NCBI GenBank assembly: GCA_965203805.1
Contig: OZ241917.1
Span: 4,032,001-4,096,000, forward strand
From: Candidatus Latescibacterota bacterium
GTDB lineage: Bacteria; Latescibacterota; UBA2968; GCA-2709665
Length of the DNA: 64,000 bases
Direction of reading: 5' to 3'
The translations under genes were made by a program, and so were the position numbers. Below the pieces are notes generated by a model. It saw only the letters and a program-made list of their open reading frames with translations, was not told the DNA's origin and did not search any database. Below, one piece after another: positions 7,696-16,998 of this stretch. The stretch's first letter is position 1; every line of letters starts with the position of its first letter.

Positions 7696-10671
7696 ATCCG
7701 TATCTCCGAGCGTCGCGATCGAGGGGACAATGTATTCGTCTCCCGGATTGACGAGGTACGTGTAGCCGCCGGCGAGATCGGCGCCTTCCCTGAGCCCCCG
7801 AACAATCGTAATATCGCCCGTTGAGACGCCGCCGTTCGTGGCGGCCGCGATCCTGTAGCTCGTATCCATCGGCAGGTCGTTTACGAAATGAATCGTGCGG
7901 CCGACCAGGTCGGGACCGGCCGGCAGGGGCGGATCCAGGTCAACCAGGTTGTTCGCCGGGTCGGAAGCGTCGATTCCTGTCACCCTCCCGCGCCATGCGG
8001 GACGTTCCGCAGCCAGTTCAACGCCGCCGACAGCCAGTGACGTACCGCCGATCATTCGCATCAGATTCACCTCATCCCCCGCCATGCGGATCATGCCGAG
8101 GGTGCCGTCGAACCTGATCCCGCCTTCCACTTCGACTTCCATCGCTTCCTCACAACTGATCAGGATGTCCGTGCGGCCGCCCAACAGCACCACGGCCACG
8201 GCTGCGGCGCTGCAGGCATCCCCGGCGTGCTTTACCTCCAGCTCCCGTACCCGAGAGATGAACCGATTTGTATCGTAAGGTTCCAGGACGTTGAGAAACC
8301 GGCTCTGCATCTCCTCGCCCAGCCTGCTCTGGATCAGATACCTTGGCCGCTGCAGCCGCCGCGGCGAATCCCCCGTGGCGAGCGCCACCTCATCGCAGGG
8401 CGTTAGCGCGTGCAGGCGAAGGTGCGGCTCGCAGCCTTCCGGAATGCGGCCGTGGAGGTCCTCGATCTTCCAGTCGACGGTGTAGGGTGTGCGGACGGCC
8501 CCCTGCGAGCGTTCCACGTCGTAGAGGTACGTGAAGCCGCTCTCCTTGAAGAAGTCCGCATTCTCACCGGCCAGCGTGGCGAACGAAACGTTGGGATCCG
8601 CAAAGGTGCCGCCATCCTGACCGACGAGTTCCAGGCCGGCAACACCAGCCGTTTCCGCGGCGCCATGCCAGGACAGACGGTGGTTTCTCCCGCCCCTTGC
8701 ACGGAACACATCCAGAATGTAGCTGTTGTCGTTGTCCACGTCGACCAGGGCGACCGTGCGCCGGTAGGTTCGCAGCCCCTCATAGGCGTTCGGCGCATTC
8801 ACCTGGATCCCGCGCAACGGGGGTTCGACTGCGAAGTACTCGACCTGTCCGCCGGGGCTGTACGCCGATCGGGTATCGCCTACAAGCAGCGTATTGTGAC
8901 TGATGGTATTGGCCGTCCACGCGTGTCGTTTCGGCCAGGTCCCGGTATATTCCGGATAGCCCAGATCCGGCATCATCGCCACGTTTTTCGCCAGCAGTCC
9001 CACGTTGAGCGAATCGTGGTGGGAGTGGCCCTTTCCCTGCCCGTAGTGGATGAACACGGCGCGGCCGTTTTCCGGTTGGCCGGTCTGCAGTTGCGCCTGC
9101 CCGTACCGCCCGAAGTGCTCACTCGTCAGGTTGCCCGATCCCTGTTGACCGACGTTCCGTATCTCACGGATCAGCGCGTCCGGATCCTCGCGGAAAATAT
9201 CGTCATCCAGGCGCAGGGAGGTGCCGTGCACCGCGTGCTCGTGCCAGGCCAGGGCGGCGAAACGCGGGTCACCGTACAGACGGTACGCGCGGACATAGGT
9301 CGCGGCATCGCCCTGCCGGCCCCAAGCGCCTACAGCACCGCTGTCACCCGTATTGGGCATCATGCCATCCAGTACGTTCAAGCGGGACTCCACGAGATAG
9401 GCCTGTTTGAGCTTCGGGTAATCCTCGACGAGATTGTGTTTCGTGTACTCAGGATACGTGGACAGAATCTGCGCCAGTTCCCGCATGTGGCGGGTCCAGA
9501 TGAGACCGTAACCCCCGCACTCGCCGCCCATGCCATCCCGGTCCAGCCCCTCGGTCAGCACCCACGACACCGGATCATGCTGAGCCGAGTGGTCTCCGGG
9601 AAACCCTGGATGGAACAGCCAGTCCAGCCACTCCGGCGTCAATTCGGGATGGTCCAGAGCAATCGCGGCGGTGGCGAGGGAGGTGTGATTCATGCCCGTG
9701 TTTCCGCTGATCCGGCCGTCCCTTACAGAGGCAAGCGCCTCTAAAAACAGGTGATCGTGGATATGTCCGCAGATTGCGGCGATGCTCTCTTTGTCCCCCA
9801 GGTTGTATTTTCCGGCTTTGTCGGAGCAGAAGGCCACCAGTTCTTCGTCGTTCCGAATGCCGTCGAAGATGACGTCGTAGCTCCGCGCAAAGCCCTGCGC
9901 GACGGAGGTTTCCCAGATACAACCCTCGATACGGCCTCTCCCGGAACCGCCCTGGCTGTGTTGAAATCCCATCTCGTGCAGCGGCAGGTAGTCCATCTCC
10001 GGATAAACGTCGGCGATCCGGTCCAGCAGCACGCCAGCTTTATGGGCGTAGCGCCGGTCATTGGTGAGCGAGTACGCGTCGGCCAGCGCGGCAACGCCCC
10101 GCTGTATCCGGCGCCACACGGCTTCGAAATTGTAGTATGCGATGATATCGTGTCGATTGCCCTGTTCGTCGAACATGCCGTACCCGTCGTCTACATAGAG
10201 TTCGCGCCGGGGGTCGGACGGATCGGGATGATCGGCGTTGAAGAGCAGCGAGCGGTCGCCCAATTCACGACGGAACATCCCGTGCTCGTCAAGGGCCGTC
10301 CTGTAGAAGGCCCCGAAGTCGTTCCTCGGATAGACCTCTCCGCAGTGTTCGCACCAGATCTTCCACGGCCTGGCGTCGTCGAACTCCCACCATTCGCGCC
10401 CGGATTTCGCCGGGGCCGCTTCGCCGCATCCGGGGCAATAGGGCTGCTGCCCCTTGTACGTCACCCCTTCATTGGTGTAGACTGTCCGCGGCAGTTCCTG
10501 TGCGGTGACCATGCCCCACAACGCATCGTCGGTGCGGCCGACCCACTCGCCGGCCGCCGCAACCGCGCGCTCCTGCCGCTCGCGCGCCCAGTCGTATTTC
10601 TTCGCATTCGCCACCGCATTCGACCGCATCGCCGCGCTGACGAATCGGCTTTGCTTCTTTCCAATTGGCAT
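7693..10671 (-). CDS. Heparinase II/III-family protein (polysaccharide lyase-like)
   Basis: GHSHHDSLNVGL, PDLGYP and TISHNTLLV motifs; start reassigned to ATG 10671 with RBS AAAGGAG. Confidence 0.8.
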   Translation of the reverse strand: MPIGKKQSRFVSAAMRSNAVANAKKYDWARERQERAVAAAGEWVGRTDDALWGMVTAQELPRTVYTNEGVTYKGQQPYCPGCGEAAPAKSGREWWEFDDARPWKIWCEHCGEVYPRNDFGAFYRTALDEHGMFRRELGDRSLLFNADHPDPSDPRRELYVDDGYGMFDEQGNRHDIIAYYNFEAVWRRIQRGVAALADAYSLTNDRRYAHKAGVLLDRIADVYPEMDYLPLHEMGFQHSQGGSGRGRIEGCIWETSVAQGFARSYDVIFDGIRNDEELVAFCSDKAGKYNLGDKESIAAICGHIHDHLFLEALASVRDGRISGNTGMNHTSLATAAIALDHPELTPEWLDWLFHPGFPGDHSAQHDPVSWVLTEGLDRDGMGGECGGYGLIWTRHMRELAQILSTYPEYTKHNLVEDYPKLKQAYLVESRLNVLDGMMPNTGDSGAVGAWGRQGDAATYVRAYRLYGDPRFAALAWHEHAVHGTSLRLDDDIFREDPDALIREIRNVGQQGSGNLTSEHFGRYGQAQLQTGQPENGRAVFIHYGQGKGHSHHDSLNVGLLAKNVAMMPDLGYPEYTGTWPKRHAWTANTISHNTLLVGDTRSAYSPGGQVEYFAVEPPLRGIQVNAPNAYEGLRTYRRTVALVDVDNDNSYILDVFRARGGRNHRLSWHGAAETAGVAGLELVGQDGGTFADPNVSFATLAGENADFFKESGFTYLYDVERSQGAVRTPYTVDWKIEDLHGRIPEGCEPHLRLHALTPCDEVALATGDSPRRLQRPRYLIQSRLGEEMQSRFLNVLEPYDTNRFISRVRELEVKHAGDACSAAAVAVVLLGGRTDILISCEEAMEVEVEGGIRFDGTLGMIRMAGDEVNLMRMIGGTSLAVGGVELAAERPAWRGRVTGIDASDPANNLVDLDPPLPAGPDLVGRTIHFVNDLPMDTSYRIAAATNGGVSTGDITIVRGLREGADLAGGYTYLVNPGDEYIVPSIATLGDTD

Positions 10672-10907
10672 TCGGTTCACTCCTTTCAGACCACAACACC
10701 GGGTCGAATTCCAGGACACGTCCACGATTCTAATCTTGTTGATAATTCAGGTATTCCGCAACTGCTAAACATCCGGGTGGACCTGCGACGCGTCGTGGGT
10801 TCCGGGTTGAAATCTCTGCGACAGAGGTTATATTACGCGAGGCGTGCACCATTCAAGGTAGCCGAAAAGGCCGGAATTCACGAGCTATTCATACGGAGGA
10901 GAGTACA

Positions 10908-11645
10908 ATGGACGAAACCGCAAACGACCGCGACGTGGAAAGCGGAGAGGGGACGGGGATAGTCAGCAGGATGATCGGCGCTATGTTCTCGCCGGGACGG
11001 ACATTCGCTTCCGTCAATGCGCATACCGACCACAGGGACTGGTATCTCCCCATGATCGTCATCGCGATCATCGGTATGTTCACCGCGTATCTGTTAATGC
11101 CCGCCGCTCAGACGGCCGGGATGCAGGCCGTGCAGGAACAACTCGCGAAAGACGAATCCCTTACGGAGGAACAGCGGGCGATGCAACTGGAAAATGCGCG
11201 AAGGGTGATGGGCTTCAGCGCCGTTGTGCTTTCGCCCATAGGCACCGCCGTGACCATCTTCGTCCAGGCGGCGATTTTTCTGGCGCTCGCCAATTTCGTT
11301 TTCGGCGGCGACGGCACGTACAAAAAGACGCTGGCCGTTGTGAGCTACAGTTCACTCGTGGCGGTACCCGCCGCCGTTGTCGCGCTGCTGCTCGGCATGG
11401 CCTGGGATGCGCCAACGGTCCAACTCGGCCTGGGTCTGCTGGCGCCGGAATCCATGAAAGGAAGTTACATTCATCACTTCCTGTCCATGGTCACCGTCTT
11501 CGCCGTCTGGAAGTATCTGTTGGTTTCGGTCGGCCTGGGAGTTGTTGCGGGTATCCGGACAAAGCTTGCGGGGATGGGGGTCTTCGGACTCTGGATCCTC
11601 TACGTCCTCGCCGCTGCCTTCGCACGGTCCGCTGTCGCCGTCTGA
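10908..11645 (+). CDS. Yip1-family membrane protein
   Basis: MFSPGRTFASV motif followed by about five hydrophobic segments; RBS GGAGGAG. Confidence 0.8.
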   Translation: MDETANDRDVESGEGTGIVSRMIGAMFSPGRTFASVNAHTDHRDWYLPMIVIAIIGMFTAYLLMPAAQTAGMQAVQEQLAKDESLTEEQRAMQLENARRVMGFSAVVLSPIGTAVTIFVQAAIFLALANFVFGGDGTYKKTLAVVSYSSLVAVPAAVVALLLGMAWDAPTVQLGLGLLAPESMKGSYIHHFLSMVTVFAVWKYLLVSVGLGVVAGIRTKLAGMGVFGLWILYVLAAAFARSAVAV

Positions 11646-11710
11646 CGGCAGGGAACGGATATCATAGAGAGCACCCTGAGGGGAAGGTTGTTACACATCA
11701 TTGCACGTAC

Positions 11711-11762
11711 ACCCTTAGCCACTCCCTGAGCTTGTCGAAGGGTCGAAGGGTCGGCGAAGGGT
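11711..11762. repeat. REP-like hairpin between convergent genes, possibly acting as a terminator
   Basis: Inverted arms ACCCTTAGCC / GGCGAAGGGT enclose CCCTGAGCTTGTCGAAGGG and tandem GTCGAAGG. Confidence 0.45.
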
Positions 11763-11851
11763 TAATAACGCACCGAAACGCGGCCAGATGATTGAACCAT
11801 TCCCGGGAGACCGGTCGAATTCAACCATCTGGCCGCGTTGTGTTTCTACGT

Positions 11852-11953
11852 TTACTCTCTTACGATTGTCTCCAATTTCCCAATCAGACGTTAAAGATCG
11901 CTTGCGTACATAAGCAGATCCACAAGCCTTACACCGTCATCACGCCTGCTCAT
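11852..11953 (-). pseudogene. HEPN (HepT/DUF86) toxin remnant, internally deleted and with an internal stop
   Basis: Reads MSRRDDGVRLVDLLMYAS-DL*RLIGKLETIVRE*: a DUF86-like N-terminus joined directly to a DUF86-like C-terminal helix; overlaps the MNT stop. Confidence 0.7.
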
Positions 11954-12151
11954 AGACCGCCTCCGCTGAACTGAGTATTTCCTTCCGAGGCAGCCAGTTC
12001 GGGTTGCTTTCGACCCCTCTGAAGGTGTGAAGGTCGACTTTTCTCCCGTATATCACCGACAACTCATCCTGCATGGCGATGAACTTCAGTCCTGGCGTCT
12101 TTCCCGGCTCGAATTCCACGATCACGTCCACGTCGCTCCCCGGCGTGAAAA
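11940..12151 (-). pseudogene. 5'-truncated MntA-like minimal nucleotidyltransferase
   Basis: SDVDVIVEFEPGKTPGL...GRKVDL; clearly homologous to 20203-20517 but lacks the N-terminal LFGS motif. Confidence 0.85.
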
Positions 12152-12309
12152 TGAGGCGCAGCGGCAGCAAGCTTGAGCATGAATCAATCGTTAATCCTCT
12201 AATTGGCGCGCCGGCGCAACTGTCCTAATATCCCAATCCAGTTGTGACGCGAACTCCCTGCGTAGCCGGATCATGCCTGAAGACCGAGTTATGGCACCGA
12301 TTTTGTTGC

Positions 12310-13472
12310 TAGTGTTTCGTCCCAGGAGTAACTTGCAAAAATAGTTCACTTGCCATAGATTCCCTATAGCGAAAGGAGGAATCTATGGCCAGGGGACGTC
12401 CGTTAGCGCCACTGAGTATTGGGGATGAGGTTCGTGCGCAACTGGAAACCATTTCCCGTTCAAGAAGCATGTCGCACAGTCTTGTGTGCCGGGCGAAGAT
12501 CGTTCTGATGAGTGATCAAGGGCTGTCGAATCAGCAGATCGGACGACAGCTTGGTCTGTCGGGAGCCACAGTCGGGAAGTGGCGCCGTCGGTTTTTAGAA
12601 CAAGGTCTGATGGGGCTTTATGATGAATTGCGCCCCGGGGGGCCCCGCTCGATCAGCGATGAGCGCATCGCCTCGCTGATTCATGCAACGCTCAAAGACA
12701 AGCCGTCGGGAGCCACCCACTGGACCTGCCGCTCTCTGGCAGCCCAGACGCAACTGTCCAAGTCCACGGTTCAGCGCGTGTGGAAAGCGTTTGGTCTACA
12801 GCCGCACCGGCAAAAACACTTCAAGCTGTCCAATGATCCGTTCTTTGTCGAGAAGGTACGTGACATTGTCGGACTGTATCTGAACCCTCCCGACAACGCG
12901 ATGGTATTATGCGTTGACGAAAAGAGTCAGATCCAGGCATTGGAGCGAACGCAGCCGATATTGCCTTTGGGGTTGGGCTATGTGGAAGGGGTCACCCACA
13001 ATTATATCCGGCACGGCACCACGACCTTGTTCGCCGCGCTGGAGGTCGCTTCCGGCAAGGTGCTGGCCCAATGCAAACCCCGACATCGACACCAGGAATT
13101 TTTACAATTCCTCAAATATATCGACCAAAACGTCCCGAAGGACCTTGACATTCATCTCGTCGTCGACAACTACGCCACGCACAAGCACGAAAAAATCAAA
13201 CGCTGGATCGCAGCCAGGCCCCGATACCACGTTCACTATACACCGACCTATGCGTCCTGGCTCAACCAGGTCGAGATCTGGTTCGGCATCATTACCCAGA
13301 AAGCCATCCGACGCGGGACCTTCAAAAAGGTGAAAGACCTCATCGCCAACATTCAGGATTTCACCAACCATTATAACGCCAACTCACGACCGTTCGTCTG
13401 GACCGCCACCGCAGAATCGATCCTTGACAAGATCACCAGACTTTTTGAACTAATTCATGGGACAAGACACTA
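12310..13472 (+). mobile_element. IS630-family insertion sequence (copy 1)
   Basis: Ends CTAGTGTTTCGTCCCA / TGGGACAAGACACTAG; TA duplicated at 12310-11 and 13471-72 within a CTAG target. Confidence 0.95.
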
Positions 13473-13473
13473 G
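12385..13473 (+). CDS. IS630-family DDE transposase
   Basis: 362 aa; HTH N-terminus, VDEKSQIQ, VDNYATH and WLNQVEIWF motifs; the stop codon is supplied by the target-site TAG. Confidence 0.95.
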   Translation: MARGRPLAPLSIGDEVRAQLETISRSRSMSHSLVCRAKIVLMSDQGLSNQQIGRQLGLSGATVGKWRRRFLEQGLMGLYDELRPGGPRSISDERIASLIHATLKDKPSGATHWTCRSLAAQTQLSKSTVQRVWKAFGLQPHRQKHFKLSNDPFFVEKVRDIVGLYLNPPDNAMVLCVDEKSQIQALERTQPILPLGLGYVEGVTHNYIRHGTTTLFAALEVASGKVLAQCKPRHRHQEFLQFLKYIDQNVPKDLDIHLVVDNYATHKHEKIKRWIAARPRYHVHYTPTYASWLNQVEIWFGIITQKAIRRGTFKKVKDLIANIQDFTNHYNANSRPFVWTATAESILDKITRLFELIHGTRH

Positions 13474-13870
13474 CTTCTCGCATGGATTTTTCGACCGTCT
13501 TAGTTCGCCTACGTGCGGGTTTGCGACTGGAAACGCGTAACGATGAGGTCGTGTAAGCCTTGCGGGTGAAAGATAGTATTCGTTTTACATCCGTCTCGGT
13601 TGGCAAAGTTCGTCCACCTTTTGTCCAAGGAGTGAGAGTTGCTATCGGATTGTCGTGTAGCATCTCACTCCAAATTCGATCCTGATGTGCGGTTCTCGAA
13701 CCATGATGCGGAATCTTAAAGACCGACGCTTTGCAATTCGGCCTTTCTGTTGAGGCGAGTATTTCCAACCAGCCCGGTCCCTCAAGATCGGAACCGAGCA
13801 GTATCGCTGTATTGCCAATTTTGACCAATAAGACAACCGCAACTTCGTTGGGGGTCAAACTAGTACTTAC

Positions 13871-13899
13871 TTGACAAAAAAAGCGAAATAATATATCTT
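13871..13899 (+). promoter_or_regulatory. Sigma70-like transposase promoter
   Basis: TTGACA-17 bp-TATCTT just inside the left IS end; IS copy 1 has the analogous TTGCAA-17-TAGATT at 12333-12361. Confidence 0.55.
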
Positions 13900-13930
13900 G
13901 TGCTCATAGGGAATCGATCTCAGTTCAACT

Positions 13931-15016
13931 GTGGAGAGGAGACCGCCTATGAGCCGCCCCGCCGTGTTGATCACGTTGCGTGACGAGGAAAAAGAGACGC
14001 TGTTGAGTTGGACACGTTCAGGCAAGACGCAACACCGTTATGTGCTGCGCGCCCGGATTGTTCTTTCAGCGTCCCAGGGCGATGCGAACCGGGACATCGC
14101 CAGGGATCTGGGAACGCGCGAGGCCACGGTGTGCAAGTGGCGCCGGCGCTTTCACGAGTCGGGTCTTTCCGGGTTGCAGGACAAGGCGAGATCGGGCAAG
14201 CCTGCCAAGTACGACCAGTCAAGCGAAAAGCGCATTTTGGAGGCCTTGGACGATGCCCCGCCCAAGGGCTATGGAAACTGGACCGGTCCGTTGTTGGCCG
14301 ACAAGCTGGGAATTTCTGTCCACTATGTCTGGCAGGTCTTGCGCAACCACGGCATTTCGCTGGCCAGAAGGCGCAGCTGGTGTATCAGCACCGATCCGGA
14401 ATTTGCCACCAAGGCCGCAGCCATCGTGGGGTTGTATCTGGAACCTCCCAAAAATGCGATTGTCTTGTGCGTCGACGAAAAGCCCGCGATTCAGGCGTTG
14501 GAAAGGGTACAGGGATGGCTCAAGCTGCCCAACGGCAAGGCCGTAACCGGCTTTAACCACGAATACAAGAGAAACGGCACCACCACGTTATTCGCTGCAT
14601 TGAACGTCGCCACCGGCCTCGTCAAGGCCGGGCATTACAAAAGGCGCAAACGACGCCAGTTTCTGAGCTTTATGAACGAACTTGTCGCCGAATACCCCGA
14701 TCAGGAACTCCACATCATCCTCGACAACCTGAACACCCACAAGCCCAAGAATGACCGCTGGCTGCCGCGCCATCCCAATGTCCACTTCTACTACACCCCC
14801 ACCCACGCATCCTGGCTCAACCAGATCGAAATCTGGTTCAGCATCCTGTGGAGAAGCGCGCTCAAAGGCGGCTCCTTCACCTCGATTCGAGACTTACGCA
14901 CCGCCATCAATCACTTCATTGACGCCTACAACGAGAACGCACATCCCTTCGAGTGGAAATCCACAAAAGTCCGACCCAAAGCCCTTGAAGAAAAATACTC
15001 TAATTTAACCAATTAA
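13931..15016 (+). CDS. IS630-family DDE transposase
   Basis: VDEKPAIQ, LDNLNTH and WLNQIEIWF motifs. Confidence 0.95.
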   Translation: MERRPPMSRPAVLITLRDEEKETLLSWTRSGKTQHRYVLRARIVLSASQGDANRDIARDLGTREATVCKWRRRFHESGLSGLQDKARSGKPAKYDQSSEKRILEALDDAPPKGYGNWTGPLLADKLGISVHYVWQVLRNHGISLARRRSWCISTDPEFATKAAAIVGLYLEPPKNAIVLCVDEKPAIQALERVQGWLKLPNGKAVTGFNHEYKRNGTTTLFAALNVATGLVKAGHYKRRKRRQFLSFMNELVAEYPDQELHIILDNLNTHKPKNDRWLPRHPNVHFYYTPTHASWLNQIEIWFSILWRSALKGGSFTSIRDLRTAINHFIDAYNENAHPFEWKSTKVRPKALEEKYSNLTN

Positions 15017-15584
15017 GTACTAGGTGTTCTCCTTTTAGTCTCACCAACTTGAGGCCGAATTCGGTCTATTTCGCGCAAAAAGCTATCAATTTCCTTATCG
15101 GATGGCGAGAGGGACCAAAACTCGCAATTGTCAAAACTAAAGATTCTGCGATTTGCTATTGCAAATACCGGCCTGGTTGATCTCTTTTCGAGAAGCGATC
15201 GGACCCTATAGATTTCCTTCATTCCAGAATTTACTTTGGACATCGGACGGCTTGCTACTGAGTCCATCATCGCGAGGAATTCTTCTGCTCGAAGGGCGGA
15301 TGCACAGCAGAAATGTGCACTGGTGCAGACATCGACCAATTCTCCCATACCTCGAATGTGGTCGTCATGCCAATGTGAAGCGACTATTAGTCGAACGACA
15401 TCAGCAGGGTTTAGCCCAAGGCCCTGAAAATACGCCAGCGCGACTGGCCGCGAATCCGCATCAATGCAGGAATCGACAATTACCCAACTTCCGTTTCCTA
15501 TGTGAAGTAAGATGCATTCTCCGTATCCAGGCCCTATTAGGGTTACTTCCAATACATCTTGTTCGGGTAGTTCGTCAGATGCGG

Positions 15585-16196
15585 TCAATCTGCCCATAAC
15601 TGAGCGGTCCTCTTAGCCCGTTGGTCGGCCTCCGTTATTTCTTGTTTGGTAACCACTGGAAGATCGCGAAAGACGATCCGGGAAACGCGCTGCTTAGTAC
15701 CGCTAGCGGATCGCTCGTAGCCGATGACCCAGCGAAAAATGCTACCAAGACGTATGCTTTTACGTTCGTCGTTCGTGATCTCGGAAAACGGAATAACAGC
15801 TTCTTCCTCTTCATAGGTGGAGCTTTTGGTTAGATCCAATAGCCGTACCGTAAAGTCCTCCGTTCCCTTCAAGATTACGTACCCTTCCCATTCCTGGAGT
15901 AAATGGAAACTGGTGCTGGACACGGTTCTCGAAACCGTCGCTAAATCAGGAAAATCGATTACATTGCGTAAATCGGAACCGATTTTGGCCGATGTCAAAG
16001 GATCCTCAATTGTGGCCTCCGCGACATCAGTGTCATGCGTTTGAGGGATGTGAGGCTGTTGTAATGTCGCTGTGATCCGATCCGCATATCCTTCCCGGAG
16101 CAATTGGTTAGGTGCGCTGGCTTCGCTGGAATTGTCGCTGAGGCTAGATGTATTCTGTAGTCTATCGACTACAGGGGCGGCTGCTGAATCTGACAT
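15585..16196 (-). CDS. Hypothetical protein with a low-complexity N-terminus and a compact beta-rich C-terminal domain
   Basis: 203 aa; ATG overlaps the upstream stop (TAATG) and the end overlaps the MBL start by 13 nt; C-domain LQEWEGYV...FTVRLLDL...GSIFRWVIGY. Confidence 0.75.
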   Translation of the reverse strand: MSDSAAAPVVDRLQNTSSLSDNSSEASAPNQLLREGYADRITATLQQPHIPQTHDTDVAEATIEDPLTSAKIGSDLRNVIDFPDLATVSRTVSSTSFHLLQEWEGYVILKGTEDFTVRLLDLTKSSTYEEEEAVIPFSEITNDERKSIRLGSIFRWVIGYERSASGTKQRVSRIVFRDLPVVTKQEITEADQRAKRTAQLWAD

Positions 16197-16894
16197 TATT
16201 GTTCCTCCGTCAAGGACATAATGTGATCGATGATGTCGTCTGCACGGCGCAATGAGTCGTCGAATTTCTCCTCAAGTAACTCAACGATCTTCCTGGTTTG
16301 CATCTCCGGTTCCACATCTCCCACAACGTAATGGTCATTCACCCCAACGTAGACCCCGAGATTCTCGTGCTCGACCCTGTTGGATGGCTCCACCTTTACG
16401 TTAATTTGCCCGCCAACCGGTCTATTACAAGGATCTACCTGTCTCATCGTAAGGGATACCATTCCACCGCGCTCTCCATCCAAGTCAAGTTTTCTCGCCC
16501 AATCCCCCCAAGGCTCGACAGGTGCGAGTAATCTTCCTAGTTGGTCTCTCTGTTTATGGTCCAGCACGCAAAAGTGGACATTACGGTTAATACCGACGGT
16601 CGTTAGCGGTGTATGGTGAAGGTGTTCACGAAATATTCGGACAGCGAGATCTCGAATCCGAACATATGGGCACTGGGTCGTATCCATTCGCATGCGTTCT
16701 GGAACGACTTGCATGTTAAGCCAATCCGCGTTAAAGCTCGTAAATTGAGGATGGGCAATGTTCGTTTCCGCAATTTCGATTATTCTTCTAGGTAAAAGTT
16801 GATGCCATCCGAACCAGGCGGGTGTAAATATCACAGGATTGAAACGGCCAAGCAAAACGAGCGAAACCCCGGCGATTTCGGGTTCAATTCTCAT
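16196..16894 (-). CDS. Hypothetical protein, first gene of the three-gene module
   Basis: 232 aa; RBS AGGAG upstream; LVLLGRFNPVIFTPAWF and VGINRNVHF motifs. Confidence 0.8.
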   Translation of the reverse strand: MRIEPEIAGVSLVLLGRFNPVIFTPAWFGWHQLLPRRIIEIAETNIAHPQFTSFNADWLNMQVVPERMRMDTTQCPYVRIRDLAVRIFREHLHHTPLTTVGINRNVHFCVLDHKQRDQLGRLLAPVEPWGDWARKLDLDGERGGMVSLTMRQVDPCNRPVGGQINVKVEPSNRVEHENLGVYVGVNDHYVVGDVEPEMQTRKIVELLEEKFDDSLRRADDIIDHIMSLTEEQ

Positions 16895-16998
16895 TGCTGA
16901 ATTCTCCTGTCGAATCGTCTATTGCTCGTTCCGGCTCTGGGATTTGTCACGTTAGCTACCTTGAGGTTGAAGAGGTCGGTATAGCCCCCATGCCATTG

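Larger units (their letters stand above)
13861..15022 (+). mobile_element. IS630-family insertion sequence (copy 2, a different element)
   Basis: Ends CTAGTACTTA / TAAGTACTAG; TA duplicated at 13861-62 and 15021-22. Confidence 0.95.
12191..15597 (-). pseudogene. ComEC/Rec2-type metallo-beta-lactamase-fold hydrolase interrupted by two IS630 elements
   Basis: Segments 15597-15021, 13860-13471 and 12309-12191 join in frame (1086 nt, 361 aa); motifs SHWHDDH, GSDLE and KIPHHGS. Confidence 0.9.

Noticed and set aside
7038-7751. Small ORFs in repeat tract A (and similar ones at 29111-29567 and 31348-31656)
   Set aside because: Translations of low-complexity repeats with no RBS or family motifs
13433-13858. 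Stand-alone 141-aa ORF, and the 194-aa ORF at 15013-15597
   Set aside because: Both are fragments of the single IS-interrupted MBL gene
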